A stretch of 64,000 nt of DNA from contig NC_090374.1 of the NCBI RefSeq assembly GCF_036365525.1, positions 154,102,502 to 154,166,501 on the forward strand, in the 5' to 3' direction. The position numbers were made by a program, and so were the translations under genes. Source of the DNA: Heterodontus francisci (Eukaryota). The notes under the pieces are model-generated. The model saw only the letters and a program-made list of their open reading frames with translations. It was not told where the DNA came from and searched no databases. Below are positions 23,935 to 36,360 of the stretch, piece after piece (position 1 is the first letter of the stretch; each line of letters begins with the position of its first letter).

Positions 23935-24325
23935 GCTGTGCCAGTCGTGGTTCAGTTGATAGTCCTGTTCCTATGAGTGAGATGGTTGTGGATTCAAGTT
24001 CTCCTCCAGAGAAGATGAAAATTCAATGTTGTAATGAGGGAGTGCAGGTGGATGTAAAAGATGCCACGTTGCTATCCAAAGATGAACAAAGGTACTTCTC
24101 CCAGTGTCCTAGCCAATTTACCCCTCAACCAGCATTTCTTAAGAAAATCAGACTATATTGTTAGAATCTCATTGTTGTTGTGGGCCCTTGCTGTGTACAA
24201 ATTGGCTACTGTGTTTTCCACAGGAGAGGAATGACTGTACCTCGATAAAGTACTTCATTGTCTGTAAAGTGCTTTAGGATGTCCCAAGGTTGTGAAAAGT
24301 GCTATAGAAATGCAAGTTCTTTCAT
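23935..24325 (+). mobile_element. Deu-domain SINE
   Basis: tRNA-like head (gtggttcagttgatag...gattcaagt), Deu core (cttgctgtgtacaaattggct), L2-type tail. Confidence 0.7.
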
Positions 24326-24804
24326 TTAAACTGTTTTATGAGGCCATCACAGAGTAAGATGTTAGAGAATTAAAATGCAACACCACTGAGGGACAGAGAA
24401 AGGAATCTTGCAGATATGAAATATTGAACATCTGTACCTCCCTTGCTGCATGTAGTGGATCTGTAACACTTCTCAGACACCTCTTAAAAAAAAAAGCCAA
24501 CATAGTAACAGTTAAGACAGATTTCTTTTTGTGTGCCAGGGAAGTCAATGTTTACCAATTTAGATGTGCATTTTTGTCATTTTTCAGTGACAACTAAATG
24601 TGTGTTCTGAATTCAAATACCTAAATCCAGATTTGAAAGTTTACAGAAATGTGTGGGTGAAATAATAACAGCCAGCAATGGTTATTTTGTTTTATTTTGT
24701 GCTGAAGTGGAGCAGGTAAAATAAAACTTCAATTTTATGGTGTAAACTGAATAATTCTACAAACACAGTGATTTGAAATAATGGGCAGCCTGTCAGACCT
24801 AACT

Positions 24805-25149
24805 TATTTTTATTCTTTCATCAGATGTGGGCATCACTGGCAGGCCAGCATTAGTTGCCCATCCCTAATTGCCATTGAACAGAATGGCTTACTAGGGAGC
24901 AGTTAAGAGTCAACCACATTGCTGTGGGTCTGGAGTCACACATAGGCTAGACCAGGTGAGGACAGCAGATTTCCTTCTCTAAAGGGCCAAATGGGGTTTT
25001 ACAGCAAACAATGATAGTTTCATGGCACCATTACTGAGACTACTTTCAATTCCAGATTTTTATTAATTAATTGAATTGAAATTCCATGAGCTGCCCTGGG
25101 CTTCTGAATTACTGGTCTAGTGACATTACCACTATGCCACCATCTCCCC
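24805..25149 (-). mobile_element. tRNA-headed SINE = LINE 5' end joined to LINE 3' tail
   Basis: Minus strand has a perfect A box tggcatagtgg. Body matches 55320-55495. Joined directly to the ggcaattagggatgggcaa tail of 20468-20542. Confidence 0.8.
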
Positions 25150-25514
25150 TTGTAACTGCTACAAAGGAATTTCACTTACTTTGTCATATGTTCTGGATCA
25201 TTATTAATATATGTCAGAAACTTGGAAACTTGGTTAATTGGCAATGATTGACGATCCGAGAATAAACCTTGAAGAAATATTTGAAGTATTTTACTTGGCA
25301 GTTTGGTAATGATTTGAGCCACGTTCAAAAAGGATCATATAGATCGCATCTGCAAAGTACTAATTGAAAAGGGAGCGATCTTGCATTGAATTTCTGACAT
25401 TGAGTAACCTGGTGGCTGGAGGTTCCATTGCAGATGTTGTGCACCTTCTCCAGCTGCCACCAAGCATTGTATCCACCAGTGGGAGTATTTCTTTGATTAT
25501 ATAGGGAGAGTTAC

Positions 25515-25975
25515 TATGCCATAGCTCAGTGGTAGCACCCTTGTGTCTGACACACAAGGTTGTGGGCTCAAGTCCCACTCGAGAAACTTGCGCACATAAT
25601 CTAAGCTGACATTGCAGTGCAGTACTGAGTGAGTGCTGCATTGCCCAATGCATTGTCATTTGGATAAGATGTTGAATCAAGGTCCTGTCTGCCCTCTCGG
25701 GTGGATAAAAAAGGTCCCGTGCCATTCTTGGAAGAAGAACAGGAGTGTTCTCCCCAATGTCCTGGGCTAATATTTGTCTCTCAACCAACACCAAAAACAG
25801 ATTATCTGTCCATTATCACATTGCTGTTTATGGGATCTTGCTGTGTACAAATTGGCTGCCAGAATTCTCTATATTACAACTGTGACTACACTTCAAAATT
25901 ACATTATTGGCTGTAAAGCACGTTGGGACACCCTGAGTTCATGGAATATGTTCTGTAAATGCATGTTTTCCTTTT
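25515..25975 (+). mobile_element. Deu-domain SINE (SacSINE1-like), near full length
   Basis: A box tagctcagtgg, B-box-like gctcaagtcc, Deu core (gattatctg..cattgctgtttatgggatcttgctgtg..aaattggctgc), L2-type tail. Confidence 0.8.
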
Positions 25976-26693
25976 CTTTTATTTATTTGAAGATTTTGAT
26001 ATGGATCAGTTACTGTAAATCCTACTTAGCTTTCTAAAATCTCAAATCACCTACAGTTGCTTGCATGACCAGGCAAATCATCAAATTGGCACAGAGTATG
26101 TAGGAATGGTAACTGGTGAACTTGAATGATATTTTCTCATTTATTACACATCTTCATTGCCAGGAACAGGTTAGCCCAGGTGTGGGGTGGTCTGCTGATT
26201 GTTAACCAGCTGTAAGAATTTTATATCTTGTTAAAATTGCTGACTTGCAAAAAGCATCAACTTCCTCCCAAATTATTTTTTGTACAGAGCTATTAGAATG
26301 TGGGAGCCACAAGAAAATGGGATGAAGAGTGAACAACTGTGGTTGCAGATGTGTTTGGTTGATTGTTATTTCCATAAATTCCTAAAGCTCAGAGCCTGTA
26401 TGGTTTTCACCCCTGCTTCATCTTTGTATTTTTACTTATGATTTATCTGGGAGTCTATCTAATTGCATTAAAGCACTTGCCTTTGCAACAGTTTTCCCTG
26501 TTAAATGATCATTGATATCTTTATGGAGCTACAGTGAAAGTTACTTTGCCAAGTTGTTCTGGGGTGGCAACCTTCTTATCCATAAAAATTACTAGGTCAG
26601 AATTTGGGGAGTTTAATGCAGATGTCATCATTAATGTATAAATGGTCCAGCAACTTGTGGCGAGGAAGAGAATAGAAATCACCATAAATTGCT

Positions 26694-27045
26694 GGGCGGC
26701 ACAGTGGCGCAGTGGTTAGCACCGCAGCCTCACAGCTCCAGCGACCCGGGTTCAATTCCGGGTACTGCCTGTGTGGAGTTTGCAAGTTCTCCCTGTGTCT
26801 GCGTGGGTTTCCTCCGGGTGCTCCGGTTTCCTCCCACAGCCAAAAGACTTGCAGGTTGATAGGTAAATTGGCCATTAGAAATTGCCCCTAGTGTAGGTAG
26901 GGAAAATATAGGGACAGGTGGGGATGTGGTAGGAATATGGAATTAGTGTAGGATTAGTATAAATGGGTGGTTGATGGTCTGCACAGATTCGGTGGGCCGA
27001 AGGGCCTGTTTCAGTGCTGTATCACTAAACTAAACTAAACTAAAC
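26694..27045 (+). mobile_element. HE1-type V-SINE
   Basis: A box tggcgcagtgg, B box ggttcaattcc, V-domain tgcgtgggtttcctccgggtgctccggtttcctcccac, CR1-type tail, (TAAAC)n. Confidence 0.92.
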
Positions 27046-28985
27046 AAGAACATAAGAAATAAGAGCAGGAGTAGACCATATGGCCCATTGAGCCTGCTCC
27101 GCCATTCAATACGACCATGGCTGATCTTAGGCTTCAATTCCACTTTCCCGCCTGCTCACCATTTCCCTTGATTCCCTGAGAGACCAAAAATCTATCTATC
27201 CCAGCCTTAAGTGTCTTCAACGATGGGACATCCACAACCCTCTGGAGTAGAGAATTCCAAAGATTCACAACCCTTTGAATGAAGTAATTTCTCCTTGTCT
27301 CAGTCCTAAATGACCGGCCCCTTATTCTGAGACTGTACCCCCATGTTTTAGATTCCCCAACCAGCAGAAACAATCTCTCAGTGTCTACGCTATCCAGCCA
27401 CTTCAGAATCTTGTGCTTCATTGAGATCACCTCTCATTCTTCTAAACTCCAGAGAGAATAGGCCCTATTTACTCAGCTTCTCATCATAGGACATCCCTTT
27501 CATCCCAGGGACCAGCTTAGTGAAACTTCGCTGTACTGCTTCCAATGCAAGTATATCCTTAAATGTGGAGACCAAAACTGCACACAGTACTCCAGATGTG
27601 GTCTCACCAAAACCCTGTACAATTGTAGCAAGAATTTTTTATTCCTGTACTTCAATCCCCTTGCAATAAAGGCCAACATGCCATTTGCCTTCCTAATTGC
27701 TTGCTGTACCTGCATGCTAACTTTCTGCATTCCTTGTACAAGCACACCCAAGTCTCTTTGAACATCAACACTTACAAGTTTCACACCTTTGAAAAAATAT
27801 TCTGGTTTTCTCTTCTTATGACGAAAATGAATAACCTTACACTTCCCTACATTATACTCCATCTGCCGTCTTGTTGCCCACTCACTTAACCTGTCTATAT
27901 CTCTTTGCAGCCTCTCTGTGTCCTCCCAACAGCTTACCTTTCCACCTACCTTTGTATCATCAGCAAACTTAGATACATTCTCTTCATCTGAGTTATTAAT
28001 ATAGATTGTAAATAGCTGAGACCCCAGCACTGATCCTTGCAGCACTCCACTATTCACTGCCTGCCAACTTGAAAATGCCCCATTTATGCCCACTCTTTGC
28101 TTCTTGTCTGTTAATTAATCCTCTATCCATGCTAATATATTACCCCCAACTCCATGAGCCCTTATCTTGCCTATTAACCTTTTGTGTGGCATCTTATCAA
28201 ATGCCTTTTGGAAATCCAGGTATACTACATCTGCTGGTTCCCCTTTATCTACCCTACTAGTTACATCCTCAAAAAACTCTAATAAATTTGGCAAACAGGA
28301 TTTCCCTTTAGTAAAACCATGTTGACTTGTTCTAATCATACTATGCTTTTAGTTTAGTTTAGTTTAGAGATACAGCACTGAAACAGGCCCTTCGGCCCAC
28401 CGAGTCTGTGCTGACCATCAGCCACCCATTTACACTAATCCTACACTAATTCCATATTCCTACCACATCCCCACCTGTCCCTATATTTCCCTACCACCTA
28501 CCTATACTAGGGGCAATTTATAATGGCCAATTTACCTATCAACCTGCAAGTCTTTTGGCATGTGGGAGGAAACCGGAGCACCCGGAGAAAACCCACGCAG
28601 ACACAGGGAGAACTTGCAAACTCCACACAGGCAGTATCCAGAATTGAACCCGGGTCGCTGGAGCTGTGAGGCTGCGGTGCTAACCACTGCGCCACTGTGC
28701 CGCCCTTCTAAGTGCATTGTTAAGACTTCCTTAACAATAGATTCCAGCATTTTCCGAAAGACTGATGTTGGGCTAACTGGCCTGTAGTTTGCTTTTTTCT
28801 CTCACACTGCTTTTCAAGAAAGGAGGGAAACACTTGCCAACTTCCAATCTGCTGGGACAATTCCAGAATCTAAGAAATTTTGAAAAATCATAGCCAGCGC
28901 ATCCATTATCTCTGCAGCTATCTCTTTTAGAACCCTAGGGTGTTGGCCATCAGGTCCTGGGGATTTGTCGGATTTTAGCCCCTTA
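27046..28985 (-). mobile_element. CR1 LINE, RT to 3' end, interrupted by a V-SINE
   Basis: KSPGPDGQHPRVLKE, SQHGFTKGKSC, YLDFQKAFDK, KFADDTK, LVRPHLEYCVQFWSP. Confidence 0.92.
28349..28705 (-). mobile_element. HE1-type V-SINE nested in CR1
   Basis: Reverse complement of 26694-27045. Confidence 0.92.
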
Positions 28986-29969
28986 AGGATGCTTTGTGCT
29001 GCTCCTCTGCTAGCCTGGAAAAATAGTAGTGTGCTCTCAACACTGTAAGTTTCAAGACATTGTTGCATTTGCCCATTAATTATCAATTAAACTCACAGAA
29101 GAAAACTAAGGATGGCATATGGACCCTTTCAATGGCGAGATTTACATTCCTGCAATGCCAATCAATCTCTCCATCCCACAGAGCGAACAGTTTAAGCTGT
29201 GAAGCCTCATTCCTACAGGTAGTCAATTGTTCCTGGAGCTTTTTTTAAAATTTAGAGTTGATTTTTTTTTCCCTTTGTCTTTTTTAATCTCTCAATCCAA
29301 TCTGTGTTTCCCTGTTTATTCTCTTTCTGTTGCAGAGTTAATGCTAATTCATCCCATTTCCTTTTCATCCTGTTTCTTTCTCAATCCTTAAATCTCATTG
29401 GGTAAGGAGATAGACTACTGGTCCTGTCATTCATCAAGGTCCCAGCTGCTTTGTTGACCTTGCTGCACCCATTATCAGCTCATACTTACAGCAATTTATG
29501 GTGCAACTAATTGTTGAGCTGAAGGGTGAGGGAAAAAGACTAACTAATGGAGTCCCACTTTAGCAAGCTGAGAATGCCAAGGGGTTGAATTTCCTGGGAG
29601 CTCCTCCTGCTCTGTCACTAGAAAACCCATTTCTTTGCATCAATAAAGCTTCCACCAAACTTCTGCCGAAACAGTGTAGCAGGAGAAGCCCAAACCAATG
29701 CACCCAGCCCTCCACCCCCTCACATCTTGATGCCAATTCCATCTTCAGCAATTTTTAGGGGAAATTTTCTAAACCCAACCCTAAAGCAATACCATCATGG
29801 ACTGCTGGTTAGCCATTCTTTCTATCTATTTATTACCTAAATTTCAGTGAACAAAATTAAATCTGTGCCTCAAATCTGCATCCATTGCAGCACTGAATAT
29901 TCATAATATCAGATCAACAACAGTTTCAAGTCTATTTTCAAAGAGCATACAGCCCAATGTTAAAGCTAT

Positions 29970-30710
29970 CCCATAGACTCATACAGGCAGAGGGGGGTCA
30001 TTTGACCCATCATGCCCGTGCCTGCTCTTTGAAAGAGTTATCCAATTAGTACCACTCCCTTGCCCTTTCCCTGCAGCTATTTCCTTTTCAAGTGTTTATC
30101 CAAATTCCCTTTGAAAGTTACTATTGAATCTTCTTCCACCATCCTCTTAGGCACAGCATTTCAGATCACAACACACTGTGTTCCTCATCTCGTCTTTTCT
30201 CCAAATTATCTTAAATCTGTGTCCTCTGGTCATCAGCCCTCCTACCAGTAAAAACATTTTCTTATTAACTTTATCAAAACCATTCATAATTTTGAATACC
30301 TCTGTCAGATTTCCCCTTAATCATCACTGCTCTAAGGAGCAGAATCCCAGCTTCTCCAGTCTCTCCACTGGTTGAAACAGAGACCATTATATGTTTCAAG
30401 GAAGAATTGGACACACATTTGAAACAAAGGAGCATATCTGCCTCATTACTCTTCTGGAGAAAGGACTTGATGTATTCGTGCACCCAGTGAGGGAAGACGT
30501 ACCAGCCTTCAGAAGAGTGCACGTGCATCCCACCAGCAGAGGTAATTTTGGACTCCTCTAGTAAATCACCCCTTAGGCTTTCCTGCTCTAAGGAGAACAA
30601 TCCCAGTTTCTCTACTCTCTCCACATAACAGACATCCTTTATCCATGATCTCCAAGGTTTTGACTGCCTTTCGAAAATGTGGTGCCCAGAATTGGAAAAT
30701 GGAGGAGGGC
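29970..30710 (-). mobile_element. CR1 3' fragments
   Basis: QFWAPHFRK, CYVERVEKLGLFSLEQESLRGDL, and a CR1-type tail. Confidence 0.7.
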
Positions 30711-30859
30711 AATTGGAAGTTATTTTGTTTGGGGTAATTTTTGTTCGGCAGCTCACTGACTAGGTGGTGAGAAATCAGCCATTGCTGCAAGTCCTTGATG
30801 GCCAGTGGCAGCTGAAAGAGGAGGTGTTTCAATTGTGGTCAAAACTGAGAGGAACAGCA

Positions 30860-31150
30860 ACAAACAACAACTTGCATTCATATAGTGCCTCTAATGTATA
30901 CAAAATGGTCCCAAGGCACTTCACAGGGATGTAATCAGACAAAAATTGACACCCAGCTAAAGTAGAGGACATTAGGACAGATGACCAAAAGCTTGGTAAA
31001 AGAAGAAGATTTAAACAAAGGTCTTATCGGAGGAGTCAGAGGTGGCAAGGTGATGGGAGTGAGCTCCAGCATTTAGACCCTAGATGGATGAAGGCATGAC
31101 CGCCAATAGTGGGGCAAAGGAAGCAGGGATGCAAAAGAGTTTGCACTGCC
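30860..31150 (-). mobile_element. L2 3' fragment
   Basis: Reverse complement of the L2 tail seen at 8230-8457 and 35080-35290. Confidence 0.6.
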
Positions 31151-32163
31151 ATGGAGCTGCAGCAAGATGTCTGGGGAGCAGGGCCCCAAGGTGATCAGAT
31201 TCAGCCGCAGAGATGCTGGTGGAGCAGATTCACAACAGTAAGGAAAGGTCCTCCAACCGGCAGGTGGTCAGTCTTTACCAAGACAAAATGGTGAATGATG
31301 GCAGGTGGCGTGACATGTCAATGTGAGTAAAATCTTCTCTAGGAACTGACTGAAAAATTAGTGATCTCACCAAGAGAGCCATGATAAGATTCCTGTTTTC
31401 ATCTCTTATACTTGCTGCACAGCCTAAAGAGGACCCTACATTTATCTCAGTACCGTCAATTTTTCCCTTCCCTACTTGGCCTGGCTGCTCATTATTCAGC
31501 TGAAAAGACTTCACTGCATCTCCTTTCTACTTGCACTCACTCCCTCAAAAGCTGCTATTGTTCAAACTTACTGTTTCCACCTGTCATGATACAAACTATA
31601 GCAAGTTGTCTCATACACATTGAAAGCCACTTTCTCAAGGCAACATATTAATCCATTTGCATTCTTCTTCCAGGATATACAGGCACCTGACAAGAGGGAG
31701 TGAAGCAGCACAGGAGAAGATCTTGCCTCACTGTAAGCACTGACCACTGTGGTGAGGCTGTCATTGACCTTATTGGATGGCACACTTCAGTTAGCATCAG
31801 AGATAGCAAGGCTGAAGGCCAGGAACAGCATGGCATGTTGGCATTTTCCTTTCCTCTTCTCTTTGTATTTAAGAGAAAGATTCAAATTTATGTAGTGTCT
31901 TTCACAAACAACAATGAAATAAATAACCAGATAATCTGTTTTAGTGATGTTGGTTGAGGGATAGATATTGCCCAGGACACTGGGGATAACTGCCTGCTCT
32001 TCTTCAAATAGTGCATGAGGTATTTTATGTCTACCTCAGAGAGTAGATAGAGCTTTGGTTTAATGTCTCATTCAGAAGGTAGCTGACTTATTTTGCTCAA
32101 TAATCATGGCGAGCACTGATAGCTTCACCGTTATTTTCAATGCAAAATCCGAGCCATTGTGTC

Positions 32164-32308
32164 CAAAGTTCCCTCTAAGCTGTGTGGGCATGCGTCTGTG
32201 CAGCCATCCAGAACTTACCGCACAGGGGACAAACAGACCGCACACAAGAAGTGGTCCCTTTAAGATGTGTGCATGCACAGCCATGTGACAAGCTTAATGG
32301 GACCACTC
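32164..32308. mobile_element. Short hAT-type MITE
   Basis: Imperfect TIRs caaagttccctctaagct / agcttaatgggaccactc. Confidence 0.45.
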
Positions 32309-33270
32309 AGTGCAACAAATGGGCTGGGCACAGCGAAGGGGAATCAGAGAGAACATTGATTGTATCTGATCATGGACGATATATTATTTGTTGGGAATCT
32401 TGTCTGGTGGCATTGTGTATTAGGAAATTGCAGGTGCGCTCCCCACGATTAACCATCCAACTAAACCTAGAATTGATGTAATTTACCAATGTGTGCTACC
32501 AGCAGGCTCTCATTCAATAAATTCTTATATTACATCTCACAGTAGCAATCATTCTCAACTGCAATTTAAAATCTGTGTTTTTGACCTACAGGTTGGTTTA
32601 GGTGTGCCCTTAAACTGGTGTTAACAGGGCAGTAAGGGCCTCAAAATGTGGTGGGTAGCCTTACTACCCCATTAACATCAGCGATGTGTCCAGTCCCATT
32701 TTAACAGGGGGCCTACCAATAGGTGTCTAAAGCCCTCGCCTATTTCAGACAATAGGCCCCTTCTACTATGGAAATCAGAATCCTATGATGTAAATAGAAT
32801 CCGCAGTTGCCATTTTAGGTGGAAGCTGCGCCCTACGCACTCTGACCAGTTTCATGGGCAATGGAGGAGAAGAGGCCAAACAATAGTCAAAGGTAATAGT
32901 CAAATTATTTTTGTGGGCCCCGGGCAAGCAGAAATTTAAATGAGGCCACAACCTCAAAATGGCAAGGACCTCTTTGCCTTCGGAAAGGGTGGCCGACCAT
33001 TTGTTTGCCATCTTATTTCAATAACCTTTAAAAGAATATCAGTTGCTGTGATCTCTGTCAGTTCTTCATTTTTATATGAATTAGGCACAGTCCAAATCCT
33101 TTCTTCTCTGCTTTTCAACAAGTCTGTTTCCTGGGAAGTGGAATGTGTCACAATGTCTGGACTGTGGACTTAGAGGTCCCCCTTGTGTTCAATGTGTGTG
33201 AACACAGGACAAGGCGAGATGCCAACATGAAAACAGTGTTACCTAGAAATTACACAATATGGAAACTTTT

Positions 33271-34455
33271 CTTTCCTATCCTGAGTGGCGTGAAACAGGG
33301 CTGTGTTCTCGCACCCACACTTTTTGGGATTTTCTTCTCCCTGCTGCTTTCACATGCGTTCAAGTCCTCTGAAGAAGGAATTTTCCTCCACACAAGATCA
33401 GGGGGCAGGTTGTTCAACCTTGCCCGTCTAAGAGTGAAGTCCAAAGTACGGAAAGTCCTCATCAGGGAACTCCTCTTTGCTGACGATGCTGCTTTAACAT
33501 CCCACACAGAAGAGTGTCTGCAGAGTCTCATCGACAGGTTTGCGGCTGCCTGCAATGAATTTGGCCTAACCATCAGCCTCAAGAAAACGAACATCATGGG
33601 GCAGGACGTCAGAAATGCTCCATCCATCAATATTGGCGACCACACTCTGGAAGTGGTTCAAGAGTTCACCTATCACCAGTAACCTGTCTCTAGATGCAGA
33701 AATCAACAAGCGCATGGGAAAGGCTTCCACTGCTATGTCCAGACTGGCCAAGAGAGTGTGGGAAAATGGCGCACTGACACGGAACACAAAAGTCCGAGTG
33801 TATCAAGCCTGTGTCCTCAGTACCTTGCTCTATGGCAGCGAGGCCTGGACAACGTATGTGAGCCAAGAGCGACGTCTCAATTCATTCCATCTTCGCTGCC
33901 TCCGGAGAATACTTGGCATCAGGTGGCAGGACCGCATCTCCAACACAGAAGTCCTCGAGGCGGCCAACATCCCCAGCTTATACACACTACTGAGTCAGCG
34001 GCGCTTGAGATGGCTTGGCCATGTGAGCCGCATGGAAGATGGCAGGATCCCCAAAGACACATTGTACAGCGAGCTCGCCACTGGTATCAGACCCACCGGC
34101 CGTCCATGTCTCCGCTTTAAAGACATCTGCAAACGCGACATGAAATCCTGTGACATTGATCACAAGTTGTGGGAGTCAGTTGCCAGCGTTCGCCAGAGCT
34201 GGCGGGCAGCCATAACGACGGGGCTGAAGTGTGGCGAGTCGAAGAGACTTAGTAGTTGGCAGGAAAAAAGACAGAGGCGCAACGGGAGAGCCAACTGTGT
34301 AACAGCCCCGACAAACAAATTTCTCTGCAGCACCTGTGGAAGAGCCTGTCACTCTAGAATTGGCCTTTATAGCCACTCCAGGCGCTGCTTCACAAACCAC
34401 TGACCACCTCCAGGCGCTTATCCATTGTCTCTCAAGATAAGGAGGCCAAAGAAGA
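33271..34455 (+). mobile_element. RTE-clade LINE, 5'-truncated (copy 2)
   Basis: Same protein as copy 1. 15-bp TSD acacaatatggaaac (33252-66 and 34456-70). A 14-nt deletion near 33670 shifts the frame. (GAA)n tail. Confidence 0.95.
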
Positions 34456-34599
34456 ACACAATATGGAAACAGGCTATTCAGCCCACCAGTCCATGTTGGT
34501 GCTTATCCTCCACATGAGCAGTAGTAGTACCCACCCTGTTTGCATATCTCTTTCTTTGAAACACCTGTCACAATTTTACTGTCAATGGAAAATGTGGTA

Positions 34600-35290
34600 A
34601 AAGTCCCGCTTAGCCATCAGCCCTGTTCTCGCTGACTTACACTGGCTCCTGGTCCAGTGACACCTCAAATTTATAATTTTCTTCCTTTTGTTCAAATCTC
34701 TCCTTGGCCTCACTCCTCCCTATCTCTAAAACCTCCTCCAGCCCTACAGTCCCCCGAGATCGCTACATTTTCCCCAATTCTGGCCACTTGTGCATCCTCT
34801 ATATCCTTTGCCCACCATTGGCAGTCATGCCTTCAGTTGCCTTCAGCCCTAAGTGTTAAGTTCCAGAAAGCTTGCTATGGAAGGATGATACTGGAGCCTA
34901 TGTTTACTCAGTTTCACATTTATTGTACAGAGTTAAACGATTACAAACATGTAGCTCCTCACTCAAACCCTCCACCAGTTTCAGTAAATGTCTGCTTCTA
35001 AGTGGTCAAATAAGACTTCAATTAACACCTTCCATCTGCATTTAACAATTGATACAGATTGCCACTAAGCTCTCCTAAACACCCCCTAAACCTCTCCACC
35101 TCTCTACCTCTTTCTCCTCCTTTATGATGCTCCTTAAAACATGCCTCTTTGGCCCAGTTTTTTTAAATCACCTTTCCTAATATTTCTTTACACGATCAGT
35201 GTCAAAGTATATCTGGTAACGTACTGTGAAGTGCCTTGGGACATTTTACTGCTTAAAAGGCGCAACATAAATACAAGTTGTTTTTGTTGT
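34600..35290 (+). mobile_element. L2 3' fragments
   Basis: PVLADLHWL..P motif (cctgttctcgctgacttacactggctc) and tail gtgaagtgccttgggacatttt...aagttgttttt. Confidence 0.65.
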
Positions 35291-36034
35291 TAATAATTAG
35301 GATGGATCCTCTCTCTCTTCTGTTACAGAGGGCTGGATTTTCCTCCAGTATCCTGGCCAGATAAAGAAGCATGGTAGGGAATCAGGCAGTGATGCCAACA
35401 TCTGCTCACGGCATGACCTGTATTCCCTCTCCCCAGCTCCTACCCCTGCCTTCTGTGTGTAAATGGCAGCAGTGATTTGGGGCCTAGGTCCTTGCCCATT
35501 TTCGCTAGTGTCTACCATAATACAGCCATGAGGGAAGGTGGCAGTGAGCCCTGAGAAGCAGTGCTACTTAAAGAAGAGCAGGGAAGTTCTTCTTAGTGTG
35601 TCCTATGCAACATTTATCCTTCAACCAATAGATAAAAATCAGATTATCTGGTCATTTATCTCATATTGCTCTTTGTGGGAGCTTGCTGTGTGCAATTTAG
35701 CTGCTGTATTTCTTACAGTACAACAATGATTACACTTCAAAAGTACTTCATTGGCTATAGAGATTTGGGACATCCTGAAATGAAAGGCACTATATAAACG
35801 CAAACTTTTTCTTTACCCAACATTGAGAATATACCTGACTGCCACTTCCCGTACCATCTTGCCAGATTTCCAGATGATGACTGTAACTGGAATAATGGAA
35901 AACAGAAAATTAAGACAATGCATTTTACAATTTCAAGGAACTGGAAGCTTGCATCTGGAATATAGGCATAAGACCCAGTAGGATTTTCCACTTCTAATTG
36001 ATTTGGTTGTGATGGAAATTACAATTTCTAATAT

Positions 36035-36360
36035 TACTTTTTTCCCTCTCTGACCTCTGTTCCCCTACTCTGACTCTCCCCTTCTTCCCTCTCCCTTCCT
36101 CCCCTTCCCCCACCACCCTCTTCCCCTCCTCTCCCCAGTTCCACCTCTCCCCTCCTTCCCTCCCCACCTCCACACCTCTTCCCTCCACTTTCTACCTTCC
36201 CATCTCCCCTCCTCCTCTCCTCCCTCCCCTCTTCTCCCCTCCTCCCTCCCCTCCTCCCTTCCCTCTTCTCCCCTCCTCCCCTTCCCACCTCCACCTCTCC
36301 CCTCTACCCCATTCCCCTCCTCCTCCTCTCTACTCTTTTCCCTCTCCTTCCCATTCCCCA
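36035..36360. repeat. Polypyrimidine/polypurine low-complexity tract
   Basis: About 320 bp of almost exclusively C/T on the + strand. Confidence 0.9.

Noticed and set aside
26694-26780. tRNA gene
   Set aside because: A and B boxes continue into a V-domain and LINE tail, so this is a SINE head. The same applies to the other copies.
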